A stretch of DNA of 64,000 nt from NCBI GenBank assembly GCA_051362555.1, contig CM120647.1, positions 1,302,001 to 1,366,000 of the forward strand, given 5' to 3'. A program made the translations under genes and the position numbers. The stretch comes from Lingula anatina. Its lineage: Eukaryota; Animalia; Brachiopoda. This document shows positions 48,601 through 63,649 of this stretch, piece by piece. Position 1 is the first letter of the stretch. Every line of letters starts with the position of its first letter. The notes beneath the pieces were generated by a model. It saw only the letters and a list, made by a program, of their open reading frames with translations, made no database searches and was not told the origin of the DNA.

Positions 48601-50124
48601 GTATGCTAGGATAGATTTTAGGTCCTAGGCCCTCTCAGAATGTACCGGTTCAGAGAATTCTACCGTTCATTGGGGACGGGTCCTAAATCTCAGGAGAGAC
48701 AAAGTAAGAAACCTGGGATCGAGATCAAGGCCGCCTTCTGTGGTCAGGTTAATTTATACTCTCCCAGGAAAACAATATGGGTGATTCACCGGTTACCTTA
48801 GCAACGCGGATCTGAGGTATATGTTTTGACGTCATCACGTGTCACATCTATCGTAACACGTCCGTCTCTTCATTCCACACTCGCGGGACTAAACAGCGTC
48901 ATTTTACTGTCACGATGACAAGGGTCATTTTTTATTTTGGTACATTGGGACTTCCACAGCAATGAGTGGCATCACGGAAACGATAGGATATATTTAGTCC
49001 TAATTCGAAGATTTTATTTTTAACTATTATCATTATTTTGTGGTTTTTATCACCCTCTTAGACAAAACACGGTCAGGTGTTAAACTCTTCAAAAGAGAAC
49101 GCCACCGGTATTTTCGTTCATTACAAATGCACTCCTCTCCACTACTATTCTTGGTCATGATTAACATCTTTATTGCACCACATTTATTGTGCACTTTGCT
49201 TAAATTGATATGAAAGATGTACACAGCGAAGTACACATTAAGGAAGGGACATAAAAGTCACGTAGATAAGTTGCGCAATGGCTGGCGGAGCCGGATTTAG
49301 TCCCGATATAGCATCAATGTCATGGCAAACTGAATCACCTTGCCTACGTCACTGCCTATTTCCGCCTGACTTCGGTTATTAATTGTTTACCTGCGACCAT
49401 ACTTTGAAATATCGAGTGCCTATTGTGGAATCTAGGGCGAGGCATAATATTTCTGGCTGTCATAAACGCGTGGACGTCGAAATCTTTAGACACGGTGAAA
49501 ATATCTCTGAATTGAAATCAAAGTAAGTGACATTTTCGTTCTATGCAATGTATATGCTGTACACTAGCTGTACAATAGCCGTATATGTGATTGTTAAACG
49601 TACAGGTAGTTTCCAGCGAGAAATCTAAAGAGAATAGCAATGATTAGTGACGGCAAAATCGAAGTCATGGCTTAAATCGAAGAATCTCGGCTTTTGGTGA
49701 ACAAATAACGACTGGTCGAGAACAATCTCCTGTAATTATAAAATGAACCATAAACTACATAGATTTGATCAGGAGCCGTGCGTTGTTTTTGTAACGTAGT
49801 ATTTGTAAATTATTGACCACGGGACGAAATCTGTTGACTTCAAGAGCATCTAGGCGCGTTAATCATGAATATTGCATTGAGCTATATCAAACTCTTGCAA
49901 GGGAGATAGTTAGAGGCTACGAATACATATAGATACAGGGATTAATATATGATTAAAATATGCGCACCTTATTTAGCGCTTTCTACATTGCAATACCCAA
50001 TATCAGGAGGATTTGCCGATCACCGGGAGCTTTACGGTTAGGAGGGGGGAGGTTTCAGGGGTATTTTAAAGAGGCCAGGTACCTTTCCGTCATCCTCTTC
50101 CACCTTTCTCCCCCCCCCTCACAC

Positions 50125-50162
<38 letters not shown>

Positions 50163-51171
50163 CCATCTACGGATTTGGTGAATGACTTTGGGCTAGCCGT
50201 TCAACTAGTGTGTAAATAATGCTCCTGTCGCTCGAGTTCATTCTTTCAGCACTAAATTATATAATATTATTTACTATTTAAAGTCTATAAACCATCAGAT
50301 GTTCAGTAGCCTATACATATTTTAGTGAATTTTAAAAGATTACCGCAGTTATACCTAAAAATTACAGAAGACTTAATTTTGGTTTACTGAATCGTAGTGA
50401 TCAATTTATCTAAGATATAAGTCTGATCACTGTCAAACTTTACAGTTTGATGTTTTTTTCTAAAAATACCGGTTTTCACATCTTTATTAAAGTCATCTGG
50501 GGAACAATATTGCGTGGGTGAAATTTGTAGGTTATTCCATTCAATGTCGATATGTTATATCATGTTAGTTAAGCTTCCCCGCCTTTGTAGGTTTACAGTG
50601 AAAATTCCCCTCTCTACAAAAGATTGGAATGTGTCATGGCCTCCCATTCTTCCACCTGACCCGATCATTGTAGTGGTTGTCAGCGTTTCTTGTCGAGATG
50701 ATTGTTGCTAGGCGGTTCAAATTTCAATATTTGATATAAAGAGGACTTCTTAGGTGTACGACGCTCGTGAATCTGGAGTTAAGGTTGACGAGGACGGTTA
50801 CGGTTTAATATAGAGGACACAGAGATGGAGATAAATCTGGTTGAGCATGTTTTCTGTAGATAAGAGGGGAAGACGGGATAGAAGGGGTACTTACAGCGCT
50901 TAGGGCCAAGGCAAGTGGCTTAATGTCACCTCCCCGATTCTCTCTTTCTGGACCCGCTCCTGTATTTAACAGTCTTTTATATACCACGAGAAACGCGGTT
51001 TGTAGGCAGGGGTGGGGTGGGGATTAGGTTCGTGCAGGATATATTGCGATTTCCTTTTTTCACTAATTTTTCAATCCAGTTTTCAATAAAATCAGTTAAG
51101 TGTTAATTATGTACACATTTTAAAAGCGTGATTTTTTTTAAAGATAAAGTAAATAAATAATAAAGTAAGGA

Positions 51172-51243
51172 TAGCAGAGCTAGGTTTCGATCCTAGGACC
51201 TCGGGGTTATGGGCCCCGCACGCTTCCACTGCGCCACTCTGCT
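51172..51243 (-). tRNA. tRNA-iMet-CAT: Initiator tRNA-Met(CAT)
   Basis: Identical to the 45607-45678 copy. Confidence 0.97.
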
Positions 51244-51710
51244 GTTAGAATAGGACTAATTTTCACACTATATAATTTTGCAAATTCATTGACCGATTCC
51301 ATAAAGATTATGGTTGATAAATCCCGATTTATTTCATTTCCTGAGCTGTCCTCTGGTTAAATATTTATTCAGTCGCTGCTTGGAATGGCTGTTATTTATT
51401 GCATACTGTTGAACAAATTACTAAAAGAAAACATGTACAACTGGGGTCTCTTATTGATTTTTGCCAATACATGTAGCTCTTGAGTTTTACCTGAAAACAA
51501 CGGATTTGGCTTTGACAACGTGACATTTGAATATGTCTGTCTGTTCTGTTTATGGTTGGGGCAGGGGGTGTAAGAATCTATGATTTTGGGTGGGGGTGTG
51601 CCTCAGAGTCACCATACATATAACCCTGTTACATGTACATGCATAACGATCGTGAAGGTAATATATTTCCTCCATCTCGTCACACTGTGTCCAATGTCCA
51701 TATTATTTAA

Positions 51711-51878
51711 CAGGCCCGTAGCCAGGGGGGGTTCGGGGGGTTCGAAAGAACCGCCCCTTTTGCTGGGAAAAGGTCCACTCTGGGTAAAATTTGGTCTAGG
51801 TACATAAAGTTTTTATGGGAAAAGGTCCACTTTTTCAGAAAAAGAACCCCCCTTTTGAAATTGCTGGCTACGGGCCTT
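51711..51878. mobile_element. MITE with TIR CAGGCCCGTAGCCAG
   Basis: caggcccgtagccag ... ctggctacgggcct; internal repeats aaagaacc..cccc and gggaaaaggtccact. Confidence 0.75.
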
Positions 51879-53196
51879 CCATAATATTATAATATCCCAC
51901 CGTGCTGCAAAACACCCCTATTATATTACCGGCCTTCAGCAACAGTTTGCTGTAACTTATAATAATACCAATTGTAATGTTTATAAATAGAGTTACTAAG
52001 TACAAGTCATAGAATGAATATACCATGTAATTTCCTTTTGTTTGTATTATACGTAATAAACACAACAATTAGAATTAGGATTTATGCATGCTTCTAACAT
52101 AATGGTAAGTTAAAGAAATCGTATGGAGAGAAGAAGGGGCAAGTACATTGCTTTTCTTTGTGCAAGTTTCCAGTGCATGCAGGGGGCTATGTCTTCTAGA
52201 TTGCACTCTATCTAATCGACTAGAGGATTTGTCGAGACATTTGGGTCGCCAAATACGTCTATCATATAAGTTCAGATGACTCAAAGGAAAACAATGTCCA
52301 ACACTTATATTTTAATATATATTTATGAATGTAATCTCGCCCTATTGTTTTGTAATCATATTTGACCTCTCGCTCTCTCTCTGATATCGATCGTAACAAT
52401 TCTTGCACAAATCTAGAAAGTTTGTACAAATTCAGAGTACTGTTTAATTTTTGATCCCTTGAAACAATTCGCCCTTTCAGAAGAACATTTAATGTACATT
52501 TAATTAACGGTTCCCAGTCACGCTGGTACCCTAACAGCTGTTGAGCTGATACCACCTACACGCTTTATAATCGACAGGTGATTCAGCTAATATTGGTGTC
52601 AAAGAGTTGGTCAAATACAGATAGGACACATTATCAAAGGCCAATTTAGTGTCGCTAGGAGGCAGTAATCAGCACGTGCGTGGTCTGTAGGCAGGATTTG
52701 ATACACCTGTGGCTGAAGCTAACACACTCTCTGATATCTCCAGAAAAGTTTACGAAATCCCAGAAGCCCCCGTGAGAAATCGCCCAATCAAGATGTCTAC
52801 TCTTATGTAACTACCAGGACCCCGCCATTCCCTCTGAAATCACAGGGGCCGCTAGAAAAGTTTACAAAATTGAAAAGATACAATAATTATGTAATTATAA
52901 GAGGCTACTAGCGGCCCCTGTGGGCTGAGGGTAAAGTTAGTACAGTGCAGCGCCCCCCCCCCCCCCTGGGGTTTACTGTGACATCAGTGGGAGTTGATCT
53001 CCAATAATATGTAATCTTCATGGTGATTACAGCGTAGATGTAGCATGGAAAACACACGACCCTGTGAAATGTTCATATCTTTATCTTTACAATGGAGCTC
53101 TATCAGCATATCAGTGATACAATAATTATGTGCGTAATTTCCAAAATGTGTGCCCTGATTTCGATTCTCTCGATAAAACAATAGTAAACATAGGCT

Positions 53197-53406
53197 CTAT
53201 TCCCATAGATTTTAGATCGATCTATCCCCGCGGGAAGTCTCACTAGATTACTTTCAGATAATCCGACTTAAATGTCCGTCCCGCCTACTACAAGCTGTAA
53301 GGGGGTAATTAACTTTCGTGTCCGCCCGGCTGACAGCTATTTAGCGTGAACCCCCAGGGAGTTAGGTCGATCTAAAGTAGGTCGATCTAATCTATGGAAA
53401 TGGGGT
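53197..53406 (+). mobile_element. TAGATCGATCTA MITE (copy 3)
   Basis: attcccatagattttagatcgatcta ... taggtcgatctaatctatggaaatgg. Confidence 0.8.
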
Positions 53407-53864
53407 GATAGTCAGATGGGGGTAAGCGGTTGGGGGTAGAGGCACCCTCCCCCTTATCCCCTTCCCTCTGTCGTGTTTTCACAATGCACTTTTTTTAAGT
53501 TAGTTAGTACATTATATATGTATGCCTTTTTTAAGCTTCAAGCCCCGTCTCTGGCTATAATTAGCCTGAAACAAAAAGGAATTCATTTTCCGAAGCTTGC
53601 AGCCTAATAACCCACTCTACAACCTATTGTGAGTTAAGGAACGCGCACCTGATTAGGAATAAAGATATATTGATCGCTGTTTAATTATCTTACTCTGTAT
53701 GATATACGATCTCATAAACATGTAGTAGATTTGGCTGGATGTCGGTTTCTGTTGTGTCTTTTTTTAATGTGATGCCCTTATCTCTCTATCTTTCTCTATC
53801 TAGCTATATCTATCCCTCCCTCCCTCCTCCTCTTCCTCTCACCCCCTCTCTCTCTCCTCCTCTC

Positions 53865-53867
<3 letters not shown>

Positions 53868-53902
<35 letters not shown>

Positions 53903-54151
53903 ACACACACACATACACACACACATACACACACATACACACACACATACACACACATACACACACACATACTCACACATACACATACACACACACATAC
54001 ACATACACACACACATACACACACACATACACACACACACATACACATACACACACACATACACACACACACATACACACACACACATACACACACACAT
54101 ACTCACACATACACATACACACACACATACACACACACACATACACATACA
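53868..54151. repeat. Compound (CA)n/(CATA) microsatellite
   Basis: Directly visible. Other simple repeats occur at 28304-28389, 38855-38890, 54727-54856, 56864-56903, 57543-57582, 59177-59208 and 61479-61538. Confidence 0.97.
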
Positions 54152-54740
54152 TTAACATTCCTTTCTCTCTCTCTCTCTCTCAATCTCTCCTTTCACTGAT
54201 TGAGCAATATTAAGTCATAGCAGTACATCGCCTGTATAAATAACATTCTCTTGCAGTGAAATTCTACAGGTGGAATATAACTACCTTGGTGGCTTAATGA
54301 TATTAACATGAATGTGGCGCTATATATATGCTGTTATGATATCGAGTCAGTTCTAAGGATACATGCATGTGAAACTAATACATCACGCACGCATTATAAA
54401 TAGAAATAACATAATAGACAGCATCGAGCTAAACCCCAATTATTTCCGGCTAAAAAAATAGCTTGCGCGTTGTGTATATTTGGAGGCGCACCCTATATAA
54501 TATCTGTTAATGCCAATTTTGGGGTGAGCTTTTGTAAACATATGTAAATATACATAACGATTATTTGGTCTCTTGGTTAAGGTAGTAGCCGTCATATTCT
54601 GGTCGGTAGCGTGTAGAGTTTTAGTTTGAAGAGTGATATATCTGTTCACAATGTAAGAAGGCGGAACTAATCACGCCCAGAGGCCTTAACATTTTGTATT
54701 CGCGGGAGAGGGAGGGGTGGGGTGCTTGTGCGTGTGTGTG

Positions 54741-54780
<40 letters not shown>

Positions 54781-54812
54781 TTTGTGTGTGCGTGTGTGTG
54801 TGTGGATGTGGG

Positions 54813-54857
<45 letters not shown>

Positions 54858-56853
54858 GATGCATTTTGTGGAACACAACAAGGATGTGGGAATAAACGTT
54901 CAGATATGTTTCTCTTTGGAAATTTACAGCTTTTCTGAATGTTCGTATTCTTGAAGACAGTTATGTTTTCTATTATAAAAGCTACCCGATGTTTTATACG
55001 ATCCATATTAGGTCAATTATCACTTAATTATTTGAAATAGCTAGGTGTTACCAGATATGATAAGGAGATCTACTAAAGGCTTAAGTCATGTTTGCCAAGG
55101 ACAAAGACAACGTGAGACTAATGTTAGGAATATGTGTGCTGCAGGGGAGGATCGAATTTTTTTTTAGAAAGGGTTTCGTGCACGTGCTTGAAAGCCTCTC
55201 TCCATCGTCAGACATTTTTGTTCCCGGAGGCAGAGTAATTTCCAAACAGAATGACATGTATTAAAAAGCAACAAAAATCAGATAGGAGGAACCAAACTGT
55301 ATATTATTTTTCTCTGTATTACTAGCCCGTCGTTATGTAGAATAAAAGGACAAAGAGAAAATTAAAGTAATGAATTATCAAATAAGGAAGGATTCGAATT
55401 CAGCGTAATTTGTGTTGAAAAGCAACCGCTGTGTTCCTTTTGTTGTATTATGCATAAAGAACAAATTAGATAATAACTAAGTACAGTTAGCAAATACCAT
55501 GCTGACATATAGGCAGGTCACAGACGTCGATTCTTCATTGATTAGTTTATTGTACTGCCGAGGAAAAGAAAAAAAAAACAACGCTGTCGTGTATTGGTAA
55601 TAATAGCAGTAGGGACATGCGATGGCAGTGGTTAAGGAGATTGATTACCGTCAAAAATATTTATCTGCACGATATCTAATCTAAAGAACAACTAAGATGT
55701 TTTCTGAATACAGAGGATAAAGTAAATCTTATATGAGAGTGAAAATTTCATTTTGATTTGTCCTTATTATTTTAGGGCTTATTTTCACATTCCTTTGTCT
55801 TTATATGGAACTCTGTTTATAAAGTCCAGGAAAGCTTCTTTCAAAAGTGCTGCGTAGAGATCGGCAAGCCAGTGGATAAAAATGATATACACTTAATTAT
55901 TTACTATATGGCTCTGCAGTTTTACAGCTCCTGGTCGGATCCAATATGATTTTAGATCTGGAGGGTCTGTAAGTGTATTTGTACAGTCACAAAGCGTTTC
56001 CTTTTTTTAACAAGAAAAGTAAACACGAAAAGTACGGATTGACTTCACAGTGCTTGATTGTCTAAAATATTCAAGTGCCAAGATAGAAAGCGGCCACCGA
56101 CTGCTATTTACTATTTCAGTCTATTAATCAATTATACCATTATCATCATAATTATTTTTACTGTCATTATTATAAATCTTTTTTTTTTTCAATTTATAAT
56201 TGTGTGGTATATGCCAGAAAGGTGCGTTCTGTCCCTTCTGTATAGATAAAGTAATGCACCACGCCCGTTTTCACTGCGTTACTTTACCCTCTGAGTCCCA
56301 ACATCACGAGTTTTTGTATACACTCCGTTAGCCACGGGTTTGATTGTCTTGGGGGTGGGGGTGGGGTTGAGGGTGGGGTGGGAGTGAGGGTGGGTGGGGT
56401 AGGCTTTCTACAAAAATAAGCTGTATGTTTGTGCCGATTTGTGAACCTTTTTACTTCAGTTTTTTCCCTTAAAGTCCGCCAACAAGAATTCTGTTTGCTG
56501 ACTTTTTTTATAAATGATGTGCGCACAACCATAACATGCAGTTTTAATTTGAAATCAAGTTAAATACTGACTAATACTGATTGGAATATCATCTGGGTCC
56601 AAAGACACACCCCACTGGCTACGTGCACTCTATGTGAGTGACAGCCAATCGAAAGAAACAAGTTTTCCAAATATTTGTGACTCAGTGTTTGTACACCCTT
56701 AATCCGACCAAGAATTTCCCCGCCCTGAATAAGCTCGGAACCCACACCCACCCATGACAAGCGCTGTGATATCTGAGGCAGGGGTGTGTTTACCGATGTC
56801 CTCCCAACACAAGATATACGCTTAATCCGCCAGTTTTATTATGTCAGCGTTTC

Positions 56854-56908
<55 letters not shown>

Positions 56909-57540
56909 CAATGCCCATGTTGAAATTTCTTTGCTAAAGCGTGTCACAGTAGGAATTGGGCAGCGACGTCGTCAAAGCATTAGATCTCTCTCTCGTAATG
57001 AGCATGATGTGATTATATTGTACCAGTTTCTGTCAGATTGACTCACCAGCACTTTTCATTTGCAGTTCGTGCTGGGTGAGTCCCATACACGCCCATAAAT
57101 CATAACACGTATGACAAATTATGGCAACGGTAAATTCTGTAGTCAAGCTATTTGCCGGCGTTGCGTAATCTTTCTAAAAGCATCGAAAGTGCACAATCGA
57201 TTTTTGCGGTCGCTTTCCTGACAATGCCGAGCCTATTGAGTCGATTATGTCGCCAACGTTTCTAACAGAATAGCTCTTCTATATCAGGACCACAGAGTGG
57301 ACCCACGGCCGTGACATTCTATTTGTATATCATTCTGAAGATTGTGTACACAGCAGGGGATATGAAATGATGTCATGTTTATTATATAGATCTAATCCCC
57401 CCTTGACCCATATTTGTCTTTGGCGTCATGAAATATTAATTCCTCCCACAGTGTGTGTCAAGTTTTATCACACGTATCACAATGTATGTCACAACCCAAT
57501 ACAAAGGTTGCTCTTATCACTGTAAATTAGTAAATTGTCA

Positions 57541-57583
<43 letters not shown>

Positions 57584-59059
57584 TAATAGTTTTACAATCA
57601 GCATTATTATTATTATGATGATGATAATCTATGCCCACCTCTACTAACTGGCGCATGCATTACTTTATTCAAAGTTCTCGTCAGTTACTGGCCTATTACA
57701 TGTAAGCATACTGGTGAAACCAGAAGCCAAGCGTCTTCGGCAGTGGGGATCAGAAAGGTGAAGATACACGTAATTAACCCTCTCTCTTTGCTCTTGTCAA
57801 ACGCCATACTGTTTTCACACACACACCAATTTGACCCAATTGTCACAGAATCATGGCAGCCATTTTGGATCACGTTGAAGTACCAGTAAGACGTCAGGGG
57901 ATTGCTGAAAACAATGGCGGAAATGGAACCCATCTATCACGTAGACAACTATTACTTGATTAAAATATCGACGCTTAATTAGCATAAGGACGCTGAAGCA
58001 TGCTTCGTATAGTGTGCAGAACCTATTCTACCAATAAAAATACCAATCTGGAACAGAAATGTGACTTCTTTACCCTCCACCAGAGGGCTGTTCAGTGATG
58101 GCCTGTGTAAAAACCCTTATTGCACAGAGATGCACACACCTCGTGAATATCTACAGAAATAGAAATGTCTAAAGAAAATAATGTTTCTGTGGTTCGGGTG
58201 GAGGGTAGGGCTTTATGGCGTTATCAGACTTCTAATAGATTAGACGTCAGTTAATCAGGAAGCCATTCCCAGCGATATCAAGTAATTGATTGGTTGTACG
58301 TGATCAGTGTGTGACGCGGTGATTCTATGAGGAGGTCTCCCTCCCTTGAGTAAACTCTAATCTGTAAGATTTGCCTGTAAGGTTGTTTTTAAGAGATTCT
58401 GTGTTTTAAATTAAGGTTCCACAACGATGTGTGACAGGTACCTTTGTGGAACAATGTGTACAGTTTGTTAAATCAACAGTATTTCTTTACCTTTAACGTC
58501 TACTGGTTGTAATCGATTTACGTTAAACAGGTTAATGATCGCCACATCTGACAATTGAAATCTTAAACTGTTGACAACAAGCCATGAAGGAAACTTTAAA
58601 CTCCAACCAATTTTATCACGACCATTTGATAAGGACGAAAGTCTGACACTGTTACAAAGACCGCGTTATTAAGATTTGACAGTCTCGGTACGATGCCTTT
58701 ACTTCCTTCCTATATATACCTATGTGCGCGATGAAGCTCCAAGAGCAAAATGTAAAAATTTTGCCTCCTAACCTAGCAAACAAGTTAAAAGGCATTCTTA
58801 GCCTGCTGTCAACACGTGATTCTCTGTGATTCTTAAAATAAAAAAAGCAACGAAATTTATTACCCATAAATTTATGATAAAATATCCGTGACTTTCGCAT
58901 GGTGCACCAGCTTAGACAAAGCTAAATATTCTAACTACCCCTGTTTTGCAATATGACAAAGGCAGTTAGTTTTCATTGTAACAAAATTTAATTTTCGTTT
59001 TTATGAATGTGAAGGAACTTGGATATATATGTTTTCTTTTCTTTGCAGACTGAATCAAA

Positions 59060-59174
59060 ATGGGTCTAGGTTGCGGAGCCAAGTGCGCAAAATACATATT
59101 ATTTGTCTTCAATATCATCTTTTTCGTAAGTATAGCATGACAAAGCCTGTTGTATAGTTGGTCATTAGAGTATC

Positions 59175-59215
<41 letters not shown>

Positions 59216-61475
59216 TGTTTCGGTGTTCGGCTATTTTCAGCGTGGAACATGACAGAGTTTTTCAAAAATTAATTTCAAAATGTATAAAGGGATTTATTTG
59301 ACGAGTAGTTTGGTGAACATGTTACCAATTTCTCCATTTCTATTATCTTTTTTCGCATGTTTAAGTTTTTGTTAAAACACCAAAAACATCAAAAAGCACA
59401 TGTTAACATTAATTAAGCTGTAATGATATCGATTTTAAAGAACGTACAATGATTTCCCTCTTATCGATTTTAGCTCTTGGGAGGGGCCTGTCTTGGGGTT
59501 GGAATCTGGGTCTTGTTGGACTCGAACGCCAGCAACTGGATCGACAAGCTTCTTAATATCAACTCCGATGTGGCGGGCATTACGAGCTCCTTCGATGTCG
59601 CTGGACTGCTGAAGACAGGAGCGTATATGCTGATCGCCGGCGGTGGAGCAGTCTTCGTCATCGGCTTCCTCGGTTGCTGTGGAGCTGTAAAAGAGTGGCG
59701 CCCCCTCTTGGTTTTGGTGAGTGCCACGTGATGGACAAAAGCAGAGTCGATTTTTGTAAAATATACCCCTTAAATGGTGCAGGGAGGACAAAAAAAGAGT
59801 ATTTATATATTTAATCTGGAGGGGTAAATGTGTCAAAACAATATACCTTGAATTACTTTTATTACTAAGAATATATCTGTGTTGATAAATTAAATGATTG
59901 CCTTGATTGTTAATATTTTTATTATAATTATCACTCAAAATTTTTTTTAATTAAAATGAGCATTTCGCATGCGACATATATAGTGAAATTGAAAGCTCGT
60001 CAACTCTATCTTATGCAAGCGATATTACAAAACAGGATGTTCGTATAATTGATAAAATTTCTCTTCCAGTACGCCATTCTCATTGGAATCATCTTCATCA
60101 TTGAGATAACAGGCGGTGTGTTGGCCGTGGTCTTTAACGGACGGGTGAGACTTAAAACATATGCACGCACACACATGCAATCTTAAAAGGCCTCATCGTG
60201 CGTGCGATTTTTCCCATATTCTCTTCCTTTCATCCAGTTACGGTTAAAAACAAATGTTATAATAACTTTTACCTAGGACTCAATATATTTCCCTGACACT
60301 GTAAAGTGATGTTTAAACAGATAAAATTGTATCTCACTAATGCATTTATTTTTTTGTAAGGCTATCACAAATGTGCCTGCACTTTTTACCAAATCTGCTA
60401 CTTTTTACCCAGATACGGTTAAAAACTAATGCAATCATTATTTTAACTAACATGGTAAAATGAGTTTTAAATTAATATATCATCACAGTACTGATGCAGT
60501 AAGTTGTGTTATGACAACTTGTGTTATGACAAAATGCTGTATAATATAAGCTGATAAGTGCTTCTATGGGAGGCTGCAGTCTGGGTCTGCATTTCTGCAC
60601 AGCTGGGACACTATTTATCTTATTTTATGATTCAGTATTGAAAATGTCAATAGTTTTAAATAAATATAATATCACAGTACTAAATGCAGTACGAATTGTG
60701 TTATAACATGTTAACATATCCCCACCCCCCACCCCCCAGGTCCAGACAGAGGTGAAGACCTACCTGACCGGCACCATTAAGGACAAATTTGACGGCAAAC
60801 TGAACACATCTGAACCCATCTCTCTGGCCTGGAACTACGCCATGGGAGAGGTGAGTCAACATACGGGCACTTCATACGGGCTCTTCCCCTGCTCTCGCAA
60901 AGTCTCGATTCAGCTGAGATTTGTATGATTTGTGTTTTATTCTCGGTTCACTGGAGGATTGATGGATGCTCTCTCTCTCTCTCTCTCTCTTTATGGCGTA
61001 ACATACCGGGTACATGTACCTTCTTGGTTGCATATTGAATATTATTGTTGACTTCTTCGTTTTAATTGTAAATCGTAATGAATGTGTGTTACATGTAGAT
61101 AAATGAACAGGGTGAAGTGAATATAATGCAGTGGACGAAAGTGACGAGAATTATGCCTAAATTATTTTTTGTGGAGTAAAAATATTTTGTCCCTGTTGAA
61201 GGCGTCTACGTACATAAAACATATTCATGCAGCGAAGTCCCTAAAATTGAAATTACTAGGGTATAAACCCGTGTCACATGTACAGATACGGTTCCTTATT
61301 GTTCCATGTACTAAGGATGTATTTATTTGAATGATGTTCTAACAGAATGTCATTGATATTGCAGTTGCAATGTTGTGGTGTCACTAACGGCAGCGACTTC
61401 AGCAACGCCAGCGCCTGGGACAAAACTGTCACTTACAATGGAGCCTCGGTCACTGGTAACGTTTTCTTCCCCTTA

Positions 61476-61539
<64 letters not shown>

Positions 61540-63649
61540 AACACTGAATCTCGTATACAGGAAAGCCAGGGCATGATGGGATCGCCTTTCATTAGCCCCG
61601 CATGTGCAATACCTGCAGTCATATATACCCACACCCACTTGCTGTGCCTTCCAAAGAGTAGATACATATTCATGTGTGTTTTATAAGTCACAAATATTTC
61701 AGTAGCAGCTAGTGCAACACGTGCTCTAGTGCTACACGTACGATTTTAAATTAGGTCTCGCACTTCGTAAGGATGCATTTGTTTGTTTAAAAAGTTCCAT
61801 ACCCAAATAACTGTTTAAAATGGTCCACAGCCACAACTGCCATACCAATTCAAGGTTACGTTTAAGTCTCCTGATGTTTCTCGTCCACAGTCACCTATCC
61901 GCTGTCTTGCTGCAAGTTGACGGATTCTGGGAAAACGAAGTACAAGAACGGTCAAATCGGCAGTCTTTCTAACTCCGACTACGTGGACATAGCTAACTGC
62001 GTCAATAGCCCATCCACAACCAACGCTAACATCGACATTGTAAGTATAAGTATGCTACCTGCTTTGAAACCTCGCAGCTTCTCGATTCCTCTCGCGAAAT
62101 GTGTAGATCTCGCGTGAGAAGACGGGAGCTTTTGGGATGTATTGGTAGACTTCGCTGGGTGAATTTGATATTGTATCTTTTAGAAGATTTGTTTCTGAAT
62201 GACATGTTCCTAAAGGATAGAGATAATTATTGCACTCAGAGGAAAATGCTCTAAGAAAAATAAAGCCCTCAATTTAAAGTTAGTAACAATATACTTGTGA
62301 TATCTGCTGATTTGTGATTTATAATTTAAAAACTCTCATTGCCTTTTGATTCCAACAGTTATTGTGAAACAACTTGACAACCAGAACAGAATATATAGCA
62401 CTGTAGGCTTTTCTTATCGTAACATATACTAATTATCCTGCCTGTGTTCCAGGGCTGTTACGACAAAGTAAAGGACTTGGTGATGTCGTATAGCAGCATC
62501 GTTCTCGGGATCGGCATTGGCATCGCTGTCGTGCAGGTAAATATTTCAGTCCCTTTGTCACCACCACCTCATCCTTGTCAGCCATCTTTGTGGTAGCTAG
62601 AACACGGCTCATTAGTGTACTGGTCTAGTGCACTGAACTATTGCAAGGGTGCAGTAGTCAGTTTGACCGCCCGTGTAGCGGGACAGTGGCTCATCTACGG
62701 TACGGCATATAACACTGTAGCAGGTCCGGTGTAACATGACAGAGAGTCCCCCATGATAGAGTCCGTTTCCCATTCATTTGTACAGGCAAGCCTCGCCCTG
62801 GATTTTGATCCACTTAGGTCAGGCTAACCCTAACCATTATAACAGAAGGGAGGGCGGACTTTTTATTACAAGGACCTTTAGTTTCGTAACACCGACAAGC
62901 ACGGGGATTTATCTAAGTACACGTTTCCATTTGGGAACATTTAGGCGCAAACAGTTGAACAGCCGCGTCCTGGTGTTGTAGTTAGCACGTGCCATACCTG
63001 CCGTAGCCTAGATATGACGCTGCCCTCAGCGCTTTCTGAGTGAGGTGCGTTTGTGTCTGTGTGTGCATGCGCGTGTGTGTGTGTGTGTGTGTGTGAGGGC
63101 AAGTAGAAGAGAGGGTCGGGGTACTTAGAGTGTGTTAGGTGTGACAACATGGCGGCTGGGCGCAACTAACCGCTTGGTAGATTTTTTTTCACTGCTGGGA
63201 GTCTTTGTGCAGTAGGTGAATTCAGACAGGGGCATTTAACATATTGCTAACAGTGTTTTGCTTAGAAGTTTTTAACCTATCATTAACTTCTCCTAATCCA
63301 GACCCAGAAGGTTCCAAAAATAAGATCATTTCCCGGTCTTAAAAAAAACTTGGTTGAAACAAGGCAAGGGTTTATTCCTTACAAACGCCCTTGATCTTTT
63401 GAATTGCTTCTATCAAAGACGACGCAATGAGACCAAATGTTTTTGCAAAACACGCAAATAAGAGAAAAAAAGGGCCTGAAGCCTAATGCTTTAATCTTTT
63501 AAAGGCAAAGTAGAAGGTCGTGAGGGCTAATTTGCCACATCCGTTACATTTAGCTGTACTTTCTGTTTCTTGCCTTACAGCTGCTGGGCATCATATTTGC
63601 ATGCTGCCTTTGTCGCTCCATCACGAAGAACTTGAACGAAGTCGTTTAG
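59060..63649 (+). CDS. Tetraspanin (TSPAN1/TSPAN18-like), 8 coding exons, 295 aa
   Basis: Exons: 59060-59125, 59474-59716, 60070-60144, 60740-60850, 61365-61455, 61891-62039, 62453-62536, 63581-63649. All introns are GT-AG, total 888 nt. Motifs: [25 protein letters not shown]2 CCG, PLSCC, GCY, four TM segments, C-terminus [17 protein letters not shown]. Confidence 0.96.

Noticed and set aside
53739-55006. His/Thr- and Cys/Val-rich ORFs
   Set aside because: Translations of (CA)n/(GA)n microsatellites.
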